NCBI GenBank assembly: GCA_028285165.1
Contig: JANQQB010000331.1
Coordinates: 4,942-68,941 of the forward strand
DNA length: 64,000 nucleotides
Source: Rhodobiaceae bacterium
GTDB taxonomy: Bacteria > Pseudomonadota > Alphaproteobacteria > Rhizobiales > JANQQB01
Direction: 5' to 3'
The first letter of the stretch is position 1. Every line of letters starts with the position of its first letter. The position numbers were made by a program, and so were the translations under genes. Below the pieces are notes generated by a model. The model searched no databases, was not told the DNA's origin, and was given only the letters and a program-made list of their open reading frames with translations. Below, one piece after another: positions 26,648 to 36,168 of this stretch.

Positions 26648-27940
26648 ATGATCAAACGCCGGCTCTATCTGCAGATCTATGTAACGATCCTGTCCAGCCT
26701 GTTTCTGGTTGCCGTCTCCGCAATCTTTGCCTGGCATTTGTTCGGCAGGGACCGCTCCGACAACTGGACCTACGAAAACGCCACACGCATGGCCATGGCC
26801 ATGCTGCCGCCGGCGGACGCGCCGCGCGCCGAACAGAATGAGGCCATCCAGCGTCTGGCAACCGATCTCGACATCGGCCTCAGTCTGTTTGCGGCCGACC
26901 GGACGCCGATTGCGCGCCACGGCAATGCGCTGGAATTACCTGAAAATCCAGGCCGCCGTTGGCAGCGGTATCGCGACGAGGATGGGCCGTATTGGGTGAT
27001 GGGACTGCCCGACGGCCGCTGGCTGGCGCTCGACCTCAATGGCGCAAAGAATCCCGTTCACGGAGTGCTGCTTTTCATTTCCTGCATGGCCTTCGGCATC
27101 GGCCTGGCGTCTTATCCGTTCGTGCGCAAGCTGACGGGCCGCCTGGAACGATTGCAAAGCGGCGTCGAACTGGTCGGATCGGGCGACCTGTCGGCGCGCG
27201 TTGCGGTCGAGGGACGGGACGAGGTGGCTGGACTGGCCCGAAGTTTCAACAGCACAGCGGAACGCCTGGAAGCCCTGGTCACGTCCCAGCGCCTGCTGTT
27301 GGCCAACACGTCCCATGAATTGCGCACACCGCTCGCGCGGATCCGCATGGGCATCGAGATGCTCGACCGGGAGAATGCCGAAGAGCGGCGCGAGGCCCTG
27401 AAGCGCGATATTGCCGAACTGGATATCCTCATCGAGGAATTGCTGGTTATGACGCGCCTGGAATCGGATCGGCGCTCCGAAGCGTTCCGCAAGCTGGATT
27501 TTCTCGCCCTTGTGGCCGAAGAATGCGCACGGTATCGCGACTGCACCTTGTGCGGCATATCCTTCGAAGTGAATGGCGATCCGAGCCTGTTGCAGCGCAT
27601 GGTTCGAAACCTTCTGGACAATGCCCAGAAACACGGTCGGCCGCCGTTGGCATTTCGCATGGTCGCCGAAGGCGACGATGTTCTCCTGACAGTGGATGAT
27701 GCGGGTCCGGGCATTCCCGAGGACATGAAAGACCGGCTCTTCGAACCCTTCGCCCGGGGCCGGGACAGGCAGAACGTGCCAGGGTCAGGCCTCGGACTGG
27801 CCCTCGTTCGCCAGATCGCAGAAACCCATGGCGGTCATGTCGACTTGCGTCCCCGCCCTGCCGGCAATTGGCAGGTTGCCGTCACGCTTCCCGGGTTGCC
27901 GCCTGACAATGTCGACGGTACGTCGGCGCCTGATCGGTGA
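26648..27940 (+). CDS. Sensor histidine kinase (CpxA-like: 2 TM, HAMP, HisKA, HATPase)
   Basis: H-box NTSHELRTPLARI and G-boxes DDAGPGIP and GSGLGLALV. Confidence 0.9.
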   Translation: MIKRRLYLQIYVTILSSLFLVAVSAIFAWHLFGRDRSDNWTYENATRMAMAMLPPADAPRAEQNEAIQRLATDLDIGLSLFAADRTPIARHGNALELPENPGRRWQRYRDEDGPYWVMGLPDGRWLALDLNGAKNPVHGVLLFISCMAFGIGLASYPFVRKLTGRLERLQSGVELVGSGDLSARVAVEGRDEVAGLARSFNSTAERLEALVTSQRLLLANTSHELRTPLARIRMGIEMLDRENAEERREALKRDIAELDILIEELLVMTRLESDRRSEAFRKLDFLALVAEECARYRDCTLCGISFEVNGDPSLLQRMVRNLLDNAQKHGRPPLAFRMVAEGDDVLLTVDDAGPGIPEDMKDRLFEPFARGRDRQNVPGSGLGLALVRQIAETHGGHVDLRPRPAGNWQVAVTLPGLPPDNVDGTSAPDR

Positions 27941-28107
27941 TCCGCTACCGCAAGACAAAACCGGAAGTGACGCAAGACGTCGCAGGGCGAGGCCGTTGTT
28001 GGCAAGATCGCACACAGGCTCCGCGCGAGCCGAGTGTATTGTAATTTCAGCAGAATTCAGGCAGGAAAACGGGATCGGACAGGCATCCGGGGACAGGGAC
28101 AACATCG

Positions 28108-29433
28108 ATGGCGAAGGCATCCGCGGAAAAACTGTGCCGGGAGCTGGCTGACGCACTTGAAAATGAAAACGAGGACGCAATCGCCAAGGCGCTGGCTGCG
28201 CTTGAAACACTGGACGACAAAGTCAGGCGCGTGGCCGTCCGCGAGACGCTGATCGATGAGGACGAACGGCTCATCAACATTGCCGCCGCGGCCCTGCATC
28301 TTGGCGCCGTGCGCAGCCTGATTGCCTGGGGAGCGGACGTTGACGCCTGCGACGTCAACGGACAGTCGCCGCTGACAGGTGCGCTCAGAGAACTTCGGTG
28401 GAAGGACGGGGAGGCGGTGATCCTGGCGTTGATCGAGGCTGGCGCCGATTGCCGGCAGAAGCGCATGTTCGACATGACACCCTTGCACTATGCGGCGGGA
28501 ACCGGATCTGCGACCATTATCCGGGCCCTTCTCGATGCCGGCGCGGATGTGAATGCACGGTCGGCCAACCGCGGTGATTTGGCACCCATTCACGACGCGG
28601 CCGATGACGGCAACACAGCCGCCGTCGACCTGCTGATCGAAGCCGGTGCCGAGCCTGACGCCATAGACGGCGACGGCCGGACCGGTCTGCACCTGGCCTG
28701 TGAATACGGCCATGTCGAAACCGTAAAGGCGTTCGTTCGGGCCGGTTGCAACCCGGACCACGCGGATCCCAAGGGGCGAACGCCGCTGCATTTTGCGGCA
28801 CGCAACGGCGAACACGATATGATCCGTATCCTCATGATTGCCGGGGCCGACCCGCTTGCGGAGGATTTCCTCGGCCAGACACCGATGCAAATCCTTACGG
28901 CGTTCGACGACCTGGCCGTGCTGAAGACGCTCGACGAGACCGTGCGCCCCTGGATGGACGATCCCCTGGACGACCGTGCGCGCCTCGCGGTGTACATGGC
29001 CGTGGTCATGCAGAACTGGACCAGCAGCGATGTCTATGTGCCGACATCCTTTCTCGGCCACCTGCACGAGCGCCATACCTGGTTGCCGGCCCGCTACCGC
29101 CGCCTATGCGATGCACTGGAAGGTTTGGCTGAGCCGCCGGTGCCGGGCCGCCGACACCCGATCGATCCGGTGATGGCGCGGTGCTGTTACGACATTGGGG
29201 AGGCGATCCAGCGCATGCTGCTCTGTCACATGAGCGCGAATGACGGTTTCACCATCGACAACGTCGATGTCGAAGACGCAAGCGATGTCTTGGCGGAAGC
29301 CGAGATCGCGCTATCCCGGTTTTATGCCAGGGGGGATGATTTTGCCGATGGAACGGCGATATCCGACCTGGTCGACCGGGAGCTTGCGTTGCGCCGCAAC
29401 GCCGATCTGTTGCGCCGAAGCGACCCAGAATAG
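28108..29433 (+). CDS. Ankyrin repeat protein with unknown ~150-aa C-terminal domain
   Basis: About six ANK repeats (TPLHYAAGTGSATIIRALLDAGADVNA, TGLHLACEYGHVETVKAFVRAGCNPD, TPLHFAARNGEHDMIRILMIAGADP). No signal peptide seen. Confidence 0.85.
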   Translation: MAKASAEKLCRELADALENENEDAIAKALAALETLDDKVRRVAVRETLIDEDERLINIAAAALHLGAVRSLIAWGADVDACDVNGQSPLTGALRELRWKDGEAVILALIEAGADCRQKRMFDMTPLHYAAGTGSATIIRALLDAGADVNARSANRGDLAPIHDAADDGNTAAVDLLIEAGAEPDAIDGDGRTGLHLACEYGHVETVKAFVRAGCNPDHADPKGRTPLHFAARNGEHDMIRILMIAGADPLAEDFLGQTPMQILTAFDDLAVLKTLDETVRPWMDDPLDDRARLAVYMAVVMQNWTSSDVYVPTSFLGHLHERHTWLPARYRRLCDALEGLAEPPVPGRRHPIDPVMARCCYDIGEAIQRMLLCHMSANDGFTIDNVDVEDASDVLAEAEIALSRFYARGDDFADGTAISDLVDRELALRRNADLLRRSDPE

Positions 29434-29495
29434 TATCGCGCGAAAGACACTGACGGCGGTCCTCGCCGCGGGCAATACTGAAGGAAACGGGCTGC

Positions 29496-30380
29496 GTGCA
29501 ACGAAAGGATCGCATCGACCTTTTCGGCGGGACCATTCTGGTCGTCTTCTCCGTACTGCTCGGTCTCAACCAGGCCCTGATCAAGATCGTCAACGGCGGC
29601 TTCCAACCGGTGTTCCAGGCGGGCCTCCGGTCGGCATGCGCCTTCGTCCCGGTTCTCCTGTTCGCTCTTTTGACCCGCAAGCGCCTGAGCCTGACCGACG
29701 GGAGTTTCTGGCCGGGCCTTGTTTGCGGCGGCTTCTTTGCCGCCGAGTTCCTGCTCCTGTTTCTGGCGCTCGACTACACGACCGTCGCCCGGGCCTCGGT
29801 GTTCATGTATTCCATGCCGTTCTGGGTGGCGATCGGTGCCCATGTGCTGATCCCCGGCGAACGGCTGACACCGGTACGCCTGGCCGGCCTGGCCCTTGCC
29901 ATGGTCGGCATTGTCTGGGCGCTGCTCGACGATGCGGCGCCAGCAACGTCGAATGCGATCTGGGGCGATTTGGCCAGTCTGGTGGCGGCGATGTTCTGGG
30001 CCGGCATTGCCCTCATGGTGCGCACGACCAAGCTGTCACGCGCGACGCCGGTCATGCAATTGCTCTATCAGCTCTGCGTTTCCGGCATTGTGCTGATCGC
30101 GATCGCGCCGATTTTCGGCGATCTGATCCGCGAGCCGACGCCGTTGATCTTCGGCATCTTCGCGTTTCAGGTGCTGGTGATCATCAGCATCGGCTTCACG
30201 GTCTGGCTGTGGGTCCTGTCCGTCTATCCGGCCTCCGACATGGCCTCGTTCGGTTTCCTGGCCCCGCTTTTCGGCGTGCTGTTCGGTTGGGTTCTGCTTG
30301 ACGAACCGATCACTTCGGCGATTGTCGGCGGTCTTGCGCTTGTCAGCGTCGGCATTGTCCTGATCAACCGGCGCACTTGA
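29496..30380 (+). CDS. DMT superfamily (EamA-like) transporter
   Basis: Ten-helix hydrophobic pattern with two EamA-like halves. Confidence 0.8.
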   Translation: MQRKDRIDLFGGTILVVFSVLLGLNQALIKIVNGGFQPVFQAGLRSACAFVPVLLFALLTRKRLSLTDGSFWPGLVCGGFFAAEFLLLFLALDYTTVARASVFMYSMPFWVAIGAHVLIPGERLTPVRLAGLALAMVGIVWALLDDAAPATSNAIWGDLASLVAAMFWAGIALMVRTTKLSRATPVMQLLYQLCVSGIVLIAIAPIFGDLIREPTPLIFGIFAFQVLVIISIGFTVWLWVLSVYPASDMASFGFLAPLFGVLFGWVLLDEPITSAIVGGLALVSVGIVLINRRT

Positions 30381-30444
30381 GTTTTTGACACGTCTGAAGC
30401 CCCGATCCGTCGCCTCCAAGCGGTCCAGGAAGCAGATACGCAAC

Positions 30445-30467
30445 AGCACTCGTTGGAAATGAGTGCT
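30445..30467 (+). terminator. Candidate rho-independent terminator after the DMT gene
   Basis: AGCACTC-N9-GAGTGCT followed by a T-rich tract (CTCTGTTTTCATTGGGTTTTT). Confidence 0.4.
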
Positions 30468-30564
30468 ACTACTCTGTTTTCATTGGGTTTTTCAAAAAAG
30501 AGGGCTTGCGCATCGAATTTTTCGACGGAAAGATGGTGGTGTTGAGAACAGCAGGGGACAAGCA

Positions 30565-30834
30565 ATGCGTTCATCGGAAATGGAGCTTTTGCTGACCGGC
30601 CACGGTCTGACAACCGCGCAGATATTCTATCGTATACCGGACTTTGAATCGCTCATCCAGACCTATGTCTGGCAGGATTACGACACCGCGCCCGACTTTC
30701 CGAAACTCTTCGGGTTTCTGGATTTCTGGCGCGAGACGCTCGATGGTCCGCTCCATTCCGTGCAATACACCCACCGCCATCTGATCCGGGCCGGAGAGTG
30801 GAAGACCGTCGATGGCGAGTTCCGTCTGAACTGA
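30565..30834 (+). CDS. Usg family protein
   Basis: LTTAQIFYRIPDFESLIQTYVWQDYDTAPDFPKLFGFLDFWRETLDGPLHSV matches my memory of the alphaproteobacterial Usg protein family. The start was set at the ATG at 30565. Confidence 0.65.
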   Translation: MRSSEMELLLTGHGLTTAQIFYRIPDFESLIQTYVWQDYDTAPDFPKLFGFLDFWRETLDGPLHSVQYTHRHLIRAGEWKTVDGEFRLN

Positions 30835-30968
30835 TTGCCGCCCACGAGCGCCATCCGGCGGCAGATCCGAGTCAAACGCCTGCGCTCGGTGCCTGTTAGG
30901 CAACGACCATTTCTGCTGGAAATGGCGCGTCGAAACGACGGCAGAGCGCTATGCCGCTGTAAGACCGA

Positions 30969-31271
30969 TCATTGAAGACCGAATGTTCGGTCTTCGGTCG
31001 GGCTTTCAATGAGCCGGCACCATTCCATAAAGCGCGTTCTGATCGACCGAATTGTCTCTCGCGCGACTTCGGCGGATTCGCCGGCGTTGGATGTGGCCAA
31101 GGCGGCAGCCATTTCTTCGAGTTCTTTGAGAACATCCTCCGCCATGCGACGGAAATCAGACAGTATTTCGGGATGAGACGCGCGTAGTTTGATAAGGAGG
31201 CGTTTCAAGAGCAATTCGATCGCGTGACGCCAGAGCGTCAGAACGATCAAGTTCCGAGTTTCCAGATCCAT
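30969..31271 (-). CDS. Hypothetical 100-aa helical protein (weak call)
   Basis: The ORF has only moderate third-position GC (about 59% by my count). No family recognised. Confidence 0.3.
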   Translation of the reverse strand: MDLETRNLIVLTLWRHAIELLLKRLLIKLRASHPEILSDFRRMAEDVLKELEEMAAALATSNAGESAEVARETIRSIRTRFMEWCRLIESPTEDRTFGLQ

Positions 31272-31512
31272 CTTCGGGGTCTCCCGACAGGAACACGGAG
31301 TGCGGTTGAGGCTCGTTTGTCCGGCGTTTGCCGGGCGGCATGTGATTGCAGAGTAATCCAGGATGCCGGTGTTCCTGTCACTAATACGGAGCGCATTTGG
31401 ATTTGGATCGGCAGACAGAGACTTTTAGAAAGAAAAGTCTGTCGCGAGGCACCCGCAAAACCGCATCTCGGCGCCGACATGACCTCTTGGTCACCGGGCT
31501 GCCGACACCCAG

Positions 31513-31541
31513 GCACAAAAGAGGCCGGGCATCTCGCCGGC
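31513..31541 (-). terminator. Rho-independent terminator of the SDR gene
   Basis: On the minus strand GGCCGG-N8-CCGGCC followed by TCTTTTGTG, 40 nt after the stop at 31582. Confidence 0.6.
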
Positions 31542-31581
31542 CCCTTTCGGGCATTCTCGTGCGATGGGCTGCGTCCGAACC

Positions 31582-32319
31582 CTATTGCCGCACCATATGA
31601 CCGCCGTCGACATCCAGGATCTGGCCGGTGAGATAGGCGTTGCCGGCTGCAAACAGGACGGCCTCCGCAATCTCCGATGCCGCCCCGACCCGACCGACTG
31701 GCAGCGAGGCGCCGGTTTCCCGGTACATTGTATCGCGGGCCTCTTCCGGCATGCCGGCATAGGCCTCGGTCCGCACCATGCCCGGCGAAACGCCGTTGAC
31801 CCTGAGCCGCGGTCCGAGTTCGAGCGCCAGAGCGCGGACCAGGGCCTCAACGGCACCGTTCACGGCGCCGAGCGCCGAACAATTCACGCCGGGGCGACGA
31901 CTGAGAACGCCGGAAAACAACGTGATCGATCCGCCGTCTCGCATGCGGGGGAGCGCCGCCCGGGCAACGCGATACGGTCCCCAGAACTTGGAATCGAACA
32001 GACCCATTGCATCCTCGATGGCAAGGTCGGCGAACCGGCCGTGCACGCCCTGTGACGCGGTGATCACAAGGTGATCGAGGCCGCTTTCCGGCAGTCCGGC
32101 CATTGCGTCCTCAACCGATCTGGCATCCGTCGTATCAAGCCGCAGCGTGTTCACGGAACCAAAAGCCGAAAGGTGTGCCGACGCCTTGTCCAGGCGATCT
32201 GTCGAGCGCCCGGCGATATGGACCGAGGCACCGGATTGCAGGAACCGTTCTGCGCTTGCCAGTCCGATGCCGGAACTGCCGCCGACGATCAGGACGGTTT
32301 TGTCTTTCATGGACATCAT
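31582..32319 (-). CDS. SDR family oxidoreductase
   Basis: N-terminal Rossmann motif TVLIVGGSSGIGLA, at classical SDR length. Confidence 0.85.
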   Translation of the reverse strand: MMSMKDKTVLIVGGSSGIGLASAERFLQSGASVHIAGRSTDRLDKASAHLSAFGSVNTLRLDTTDARSVEDAMAGLPESGLDHLVITASQGVHGRFADLAIEDAMGLFDSKFWGPYRVARAALPRMRDGGSITLFSGVLSRRPGVNCSALGAVNGAVEALVRALALELGPRLRVNGVSPGMVRTEAYAGMPEEARDTMYRETGASLPVGRVGAASEIAEAVLFAAGNAYLTGQILDVDGGHMVRQ

Positions 32320-32328
32320 CGAATGCTC

Positions 32329-32973
32329 CTAAATTCGGTTGGTCACGGCAAAGGCCCAATCACGACCCTGATCCGTGTTGAGGGCAAGGTGGATCCAGGT
32401 CATGGCAAGGGGTTCGAGCAGGCGCGCGACCTGAAGGCTCCCGGCATCACGCGCGTCGAAGCCCAGATCGGCGACCAGGGCTTGCGCGACGGCACGCGCT
32501 TCAGCGTCGTCGCCGGCAACGAACATGACCGGTTTGTGGGAGAAGGCCTCCGGATTGGCCATGGCTTCCGCGCCGACCTGATTGAGGGATTTGACGACCC
32601 GAGCGTTGTCCGCCCATTCGGCGATCTTTTCCGCACCGGAGGTGAGATGGCCGATCTCGAGTGACAATCCGTTCGGTCCCATTGCCAGCGGGTTGGTCGC
32701 GTCGATCAGGACCTTCCCGCCAAGATCTCCTAGGCTGCGAACGGCGTCTTCCGCCGCGTTCCAGGGAACCGCCAGCACGACCACGTCGGCGGCGGCGACC
32801 GCTTCGCGCGGGGGCACCGCGGATGCATTCGGTCCCGTTCGCTCAAGCGCGGCCCGGCTTCGTTCCGACGCCGGATCGCGCACGCCGAAAAGGATCGTGT
32901 GTCCCTCGCGGGCCCAGTTCGAACCCACAGCGCTGCCGACGGCGCCGGCCCCGATGATTGCGATTGTCGTCAT
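32329..32973 (-). CDS. NADP oxidoreductase, coenzyme F420-dependent-like (NAD(P)-binding)
   Basis: IAIIGAGAVGSAVGSNWAREGHTILFGVRDP Rossmann N-terminus, about 214 aa, as in the NADPH-dependent F420 reductase family. Confidence 0.7.
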   Translation of the reverse strand: MTTIAIIGAGAVGSAVGSNWAREGHTILFGVRDPASERSRAALERTGPNASAVPPREAVAAADVVVLAVPWNAAEDAVRSLGDLGGKVLIDATNPLAMGPNGLSLEIGHLTSGAEKIAEWADNARVVKSLNQVGAEAMANPEAFSHKPVMFVAGDDAEARAVAQALVADLGFDARDAGSLQVARLLEPLAMTWIHLALNTDQGRDWAFAVTNRI

Positions 32974-33050
32974 TGTCGTTTGTCCCGTTCGACTGTGTTG
33001 CCGAACATAAGGGAATTGACAGTGCTTGAATCAAATCGATAGTTTTCAGA

Positions 33051-33992
33051 ATGAGTATCGATCACATTAATTTACGGAAATACGATCTCAACCTTCTTCT
33101 CGCCTTCGATGCGCTGATGGAGGATCGCAGCGTCTCGAAGGCGGCGCTTCGTCTCAGCCTCGGCCAATCGGCCATGAGCCATGCCCTGAAGCGGCTTAGG
33201 GACCTGTTCGGCGACGACATCCTGGTGCGCGGTCCCGGCGGCCTGGTGCCGACGGATCGGGCACTGGCGCTCTGGCAGCCGCTTCGACGTGCGCTCTCCG
33301 ACCTTGAGGAGGGGCTGGCGGGTGCGGCGACGTTCGATCCGCGGCGCCAACATCGTGTCTTCAGGCTCTCGGTACCGGATTACGTTGCCGCTCTTTTGGC
33401 GCCGCATCTAGTGAGCGATGCGCGCGTCCGCGCGCCACAGGTGGTCTATCGGATCGAAAGCGCGTCCCGGGCGGATGCGCTTGCGACACTGGAGGACGGA
33501 CAGATCGATGCCTTGATCGCCGTGGCGCGCGCGCCTGACTGGGCGGTGAGCGAAATCCTGTTTACCGACGGGTTTTCAACACTCTACGACCCTGCGGTCT
33601 GGACGGCGCCGCCTTCGGATCTGGACACCTTTTGCGACGCGCCGCACGCGCTGGCATCTCAGCCGAACAGTTTCGAGGGCTGGGTGGACGAGGCCCTTGC
33701 CGAAACCGGGCGCCGGCGCAGCGTCGTCCTGTCCGCCGCGCGGTTTGCCGATGCGGCCGCCTGCGTCGCGGGCGGTCCCGTCCTCTTGACCCTGCCGAGC
33801 CGGGCGGCCCGATTTTTTGCCTCCAGGACCGGGCTGGCCGTCGTGTCGCCGCCCTTGCCGGACCGGCGCGTCGCAATCCGGCTGTTGCGCCGCAAGCGTG
33901 CGCTCGGCGCGCCGGAGTCGGAATGGCTGGCTGAGACCTTGAGAACCGTTTCCAATGTCCTGTCGATCGAGGATCGAGGCGAGGAGACTTGA
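33051..33992 (+). CDS. LysR family transcriptional regulator
   Basis: LNLLLAFDALMEDRSVSKAALRLSLGQSAMSHALKRLR HTH. It is divergent from the two oxidoreductase genes. Confidence 0.9.
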   Translation: MSIDHINLRKYDLNLLLAFDALMEDRSVSKAALRLSLGQSAMSHALKRLRDLFGDDILVRGPGGLVPTDRALALWQPLRRALSDLEEGLAGAATFDPRRQHRVFRLSVPDYVAALLAPHLVSDARVRAPQVVYRIESASRADALATLEDGQIDALIAVARAPDWAVSEILFTDGFSTLYDPAVWTAPPSDLDTFCDAPHALASQPNSFEGWVDEALAETGRRRSVVLSAARFADAAACVAGGPVLLTLPSRAARFFASRTGLAVVSPPLPDRRVAIRLLRRKRALGAPESEWLAETLRTVSNVLSIEDRGEET

Positions 33993-34010
33993 GCTGAAAG
34001 CGCTCTGTTG

Positions 34011-35081
34011 TCAGACCGCCCGCAGATGATTGTCCCACATCAGGTCCGCATGGCGCGCCAGCGGCTCGGCACCGATAATCAGGTCAGGACCGCCGGATTG
34101 CATGAAGTCGTCACCTGAGGGCGCGACACCGCAGGCATCGGCCAGCGGCCGGTCTGCGACAACCTTTGCCGTACGGGCATCGAAGACAAGAATGCGCCCG
34201 CCGCGCGGGCTCGCGACCGCAACCTGCGTGCCGTCACGGTTTGATGCGACCGATCCGACATAATGGTTGAGCGTATCGAACAGCCGGGCAGGGGCGTCGA
34301 CCAGGATCGGGTCCTGTCCACGCCGGTGAGTTCCCACCAGACCGACGGAATCGCTGCGCGACCCCTCATATTGTCCGCCGAACCAGATCCGATCGGACGC
34401 TTCGGTCAGATGGCGGATCGACAGTTGAAACAGGGCGGAAGGCAAGGCGGCCCGGTCGATCAGGTCGCCGGTCCGAGCGTCGAGATAGCTAAGCGACGGC
34501 GCCATGGTCGCCAGGTTGAGTTTCTGGCGCGGATAGTCGGGATGGGTAGCAATGCCGCCATTGGCGACACAGATCGTCCGACCGTCGGCCATCAGGATGG
34601 CCTCATGCGGCCCGATTCCATGCGTGTCCCATTCGCCGATCCGGCGGAAGCCGTCGGTCGCATCGTAGATGCCAAGCACGCCGCGTTCGCCTTCGTAATC
34701 GTTTTCTGTGGCAAACAGCAGCTTTCCGTCGGCCGAGAACAGGCCGTGTCCGTAGAACAGGCGTCCCGGCGGCGGCGCGAAAAGAATTGTGCGGTGCAGG
34801 CGTGCGAGGTCGAAGGCGACGGCAAAGTGCCCCGGACGCCGGGCAAATACCACGGCACACGAGCGATCGGCGGAAACCGCCGCACCGTGGCCGCGATCTT
34901 TTAGGATTTCGATTGCCAGGATGGCGCCGTCGCGCGACAGGAGCACGGCGGCATACCGACCGTCTGTGGTCCGGCAGCAGGTGACAAAAGCCGCGCCGTG
35001 CGTGGGGCCGGCCCATCCGCCAACCGGAAGAGCCAGGCCGGCGGCGCCTGCGGCAAGCAGCGTTCGCCGGTTGAGCCGCAT
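34011..35081 (-). CDS. DUF1513 domain protein (Tat-exported, beta-propeller-like)
   Basis: MRLNRRTLLAAGAAGLALP Tat-like signal. It sits in the last position of the imelysin / DUF1111 / imelysin / DUF1513 gene order known for this family. Confidence 0.7.
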   Translation of the reverse strand: MRLNRRTLLAAGAAGLALPVGGWAGPTHGAAFVTCCRTTDGRYAAVLLSRDGAILAIEILKDRGHGAAVSADRSCAVVFARRPGHFAVAFDLARLHRTILFAPPPGRLFYGHGLFSADGKLLFATENDYEGERGVLGIYDATDGFRRIGEWDTHGIGPHEAILMADGRTICVANGGIATHPDYPRQKLNLATMAPSLSYLDARTGDLIDRAALPSALFQLSIRHLTEASDRIWFGGQYEGSRSDSVGLVGTHRRGQDPILVDAPARLFDTLNHYVGSVASNRDGTQVAVASPRGGRILVFDARTAKVVADRPLADACGVAPSGDDFMQSGGPDLIIGAEPLARHADLMWDNHLRAV

Positions 35082-35085
35082 TCTA

Positions 35086-36168
35086 TCAGTCTCCGTCGAG
35101 CGAATTGAAGCCGAGTGTCAGGCCAAGCGCTCTCGGAAGCCCCTCCGACAGGAGGCCGGCACCACCGCCCAAAGGGATCCGGGCGTAAGCGAGCTTTTGG
35201 TGTCCTTCGATATCGCCGGCGGTCGCGATCCAGCCTCTTTTGCGGGCGTTGAGCGTTTCGATGACGCCGATCGCCTGGTTGATCTCGAACCGGAACGAGC
35301 CGATCACCCATTTGTCGTCAGGCGCTAGAAGCGCGCTGAAATTGCGATTGGCAATCAGATCTCGCATGGCTTCCAGATTGGCCTGCATGGACCGGAACGT
35401 CAGATCCGAGCGCCAGAACGGCGCGCGTTTCGGTTTCGCCGCCTCGGGCGCCTTGCCGAGCGATGCCCCGATCTTCAGATCGCGCACGATCGTCACCTGT
35501 TCATTCGCTGACCGGACAAAATCCTGAAGCACTTCCGCGGCGGAGCGGTAGACCGAATTGTCGGGTCCTGGATTGCGGGCGAGCTTTCCATAAGGGCCGG
35601 TCCAGCCGTCGAGCAGTTCGCCGGCGGTCAACGCAACGTTTCCGGCGATCGCCTGGGCATAGCGGCACCGGAACACGTCGCCCTCGCTCAGCGTATCGGA
35701 CCCCGTGCCAAAGAGCGCGAACTCAAGCGCCAGGAGACCCTGAACGGCAACGCTTTTCCTGCGCAGCGTGGTCGCGGCAATCGCGCTCGGGCTTTGTCCC
35801 GCGATCAGGGCCTGGACCTGCTTGAGCCCGCGTCCGCGCCGGTCCGGCCAGAAGAACAGGCGCTCGAACCGGTTGTCGGCTCGCGCCGGCCCGAAACGAA
35901 TGAACTCGATCCTCGACCAGGCGTTTACGAGACGACCGAAATCCTCACGTGCCGTTGCGAGCGCCGGTGCCCCCGGCGTCTCGCACAAGGCGGTGAGGCT
36001 GGAAGACTGGCGGTCCGATGCCGCCTTCAACGCGCGATAGCCGGGTTCGACCACATTATCCAGAATATGGGCGACGACCGATGCCCGCGCGTCCTCATCG
36101 GCCGCAACAGGAGCAGCCGGAAGCAGGCAAAGGACAGCAACGAGGACAGGCAGACGGCGTTTCATCAC
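35086..36168 (-). CDS. Imelysin family protein (peptidase M75-like), copy 2
   Basis: Signal peptide MMKRRLPVLVAVLCLLPAAPVAA, a helical imelysin-like sequence, and a 4-nt overlap with the DUF1111 gene. Confidence 0.65.
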   Translation of the reverse strand: MMKRRLPVLVAVLCLLPAAPVAADEDARASVVAHILDNVVEPGYRALKAASDRQSSSLTALCETPGAPALATAREDFGRLVNAWSRIEFIRFGPARADNRFERLFFWPDRRGRGLKQVQALIAGQSPSAIAATTLRRKSVAVQGLLALEFALFGTGSDTLSEGDVFRCRYAQAIAGNVALTAGELLDGWTGPYGKLARNPGPDNSVYRSAAEVLQDFVRSANEQVTIVRDLKIGASLGKAPEAAKPKRAPFWRSDLTFRSMQANLEAMRDLIANRNFSALLAPDDKWVIGSFRFEINQAIGVIETLNARKRGWIATAGDIEGHQKLAYARIPLGGGAGLLSEGLPRALGLTLGFNSLDGD

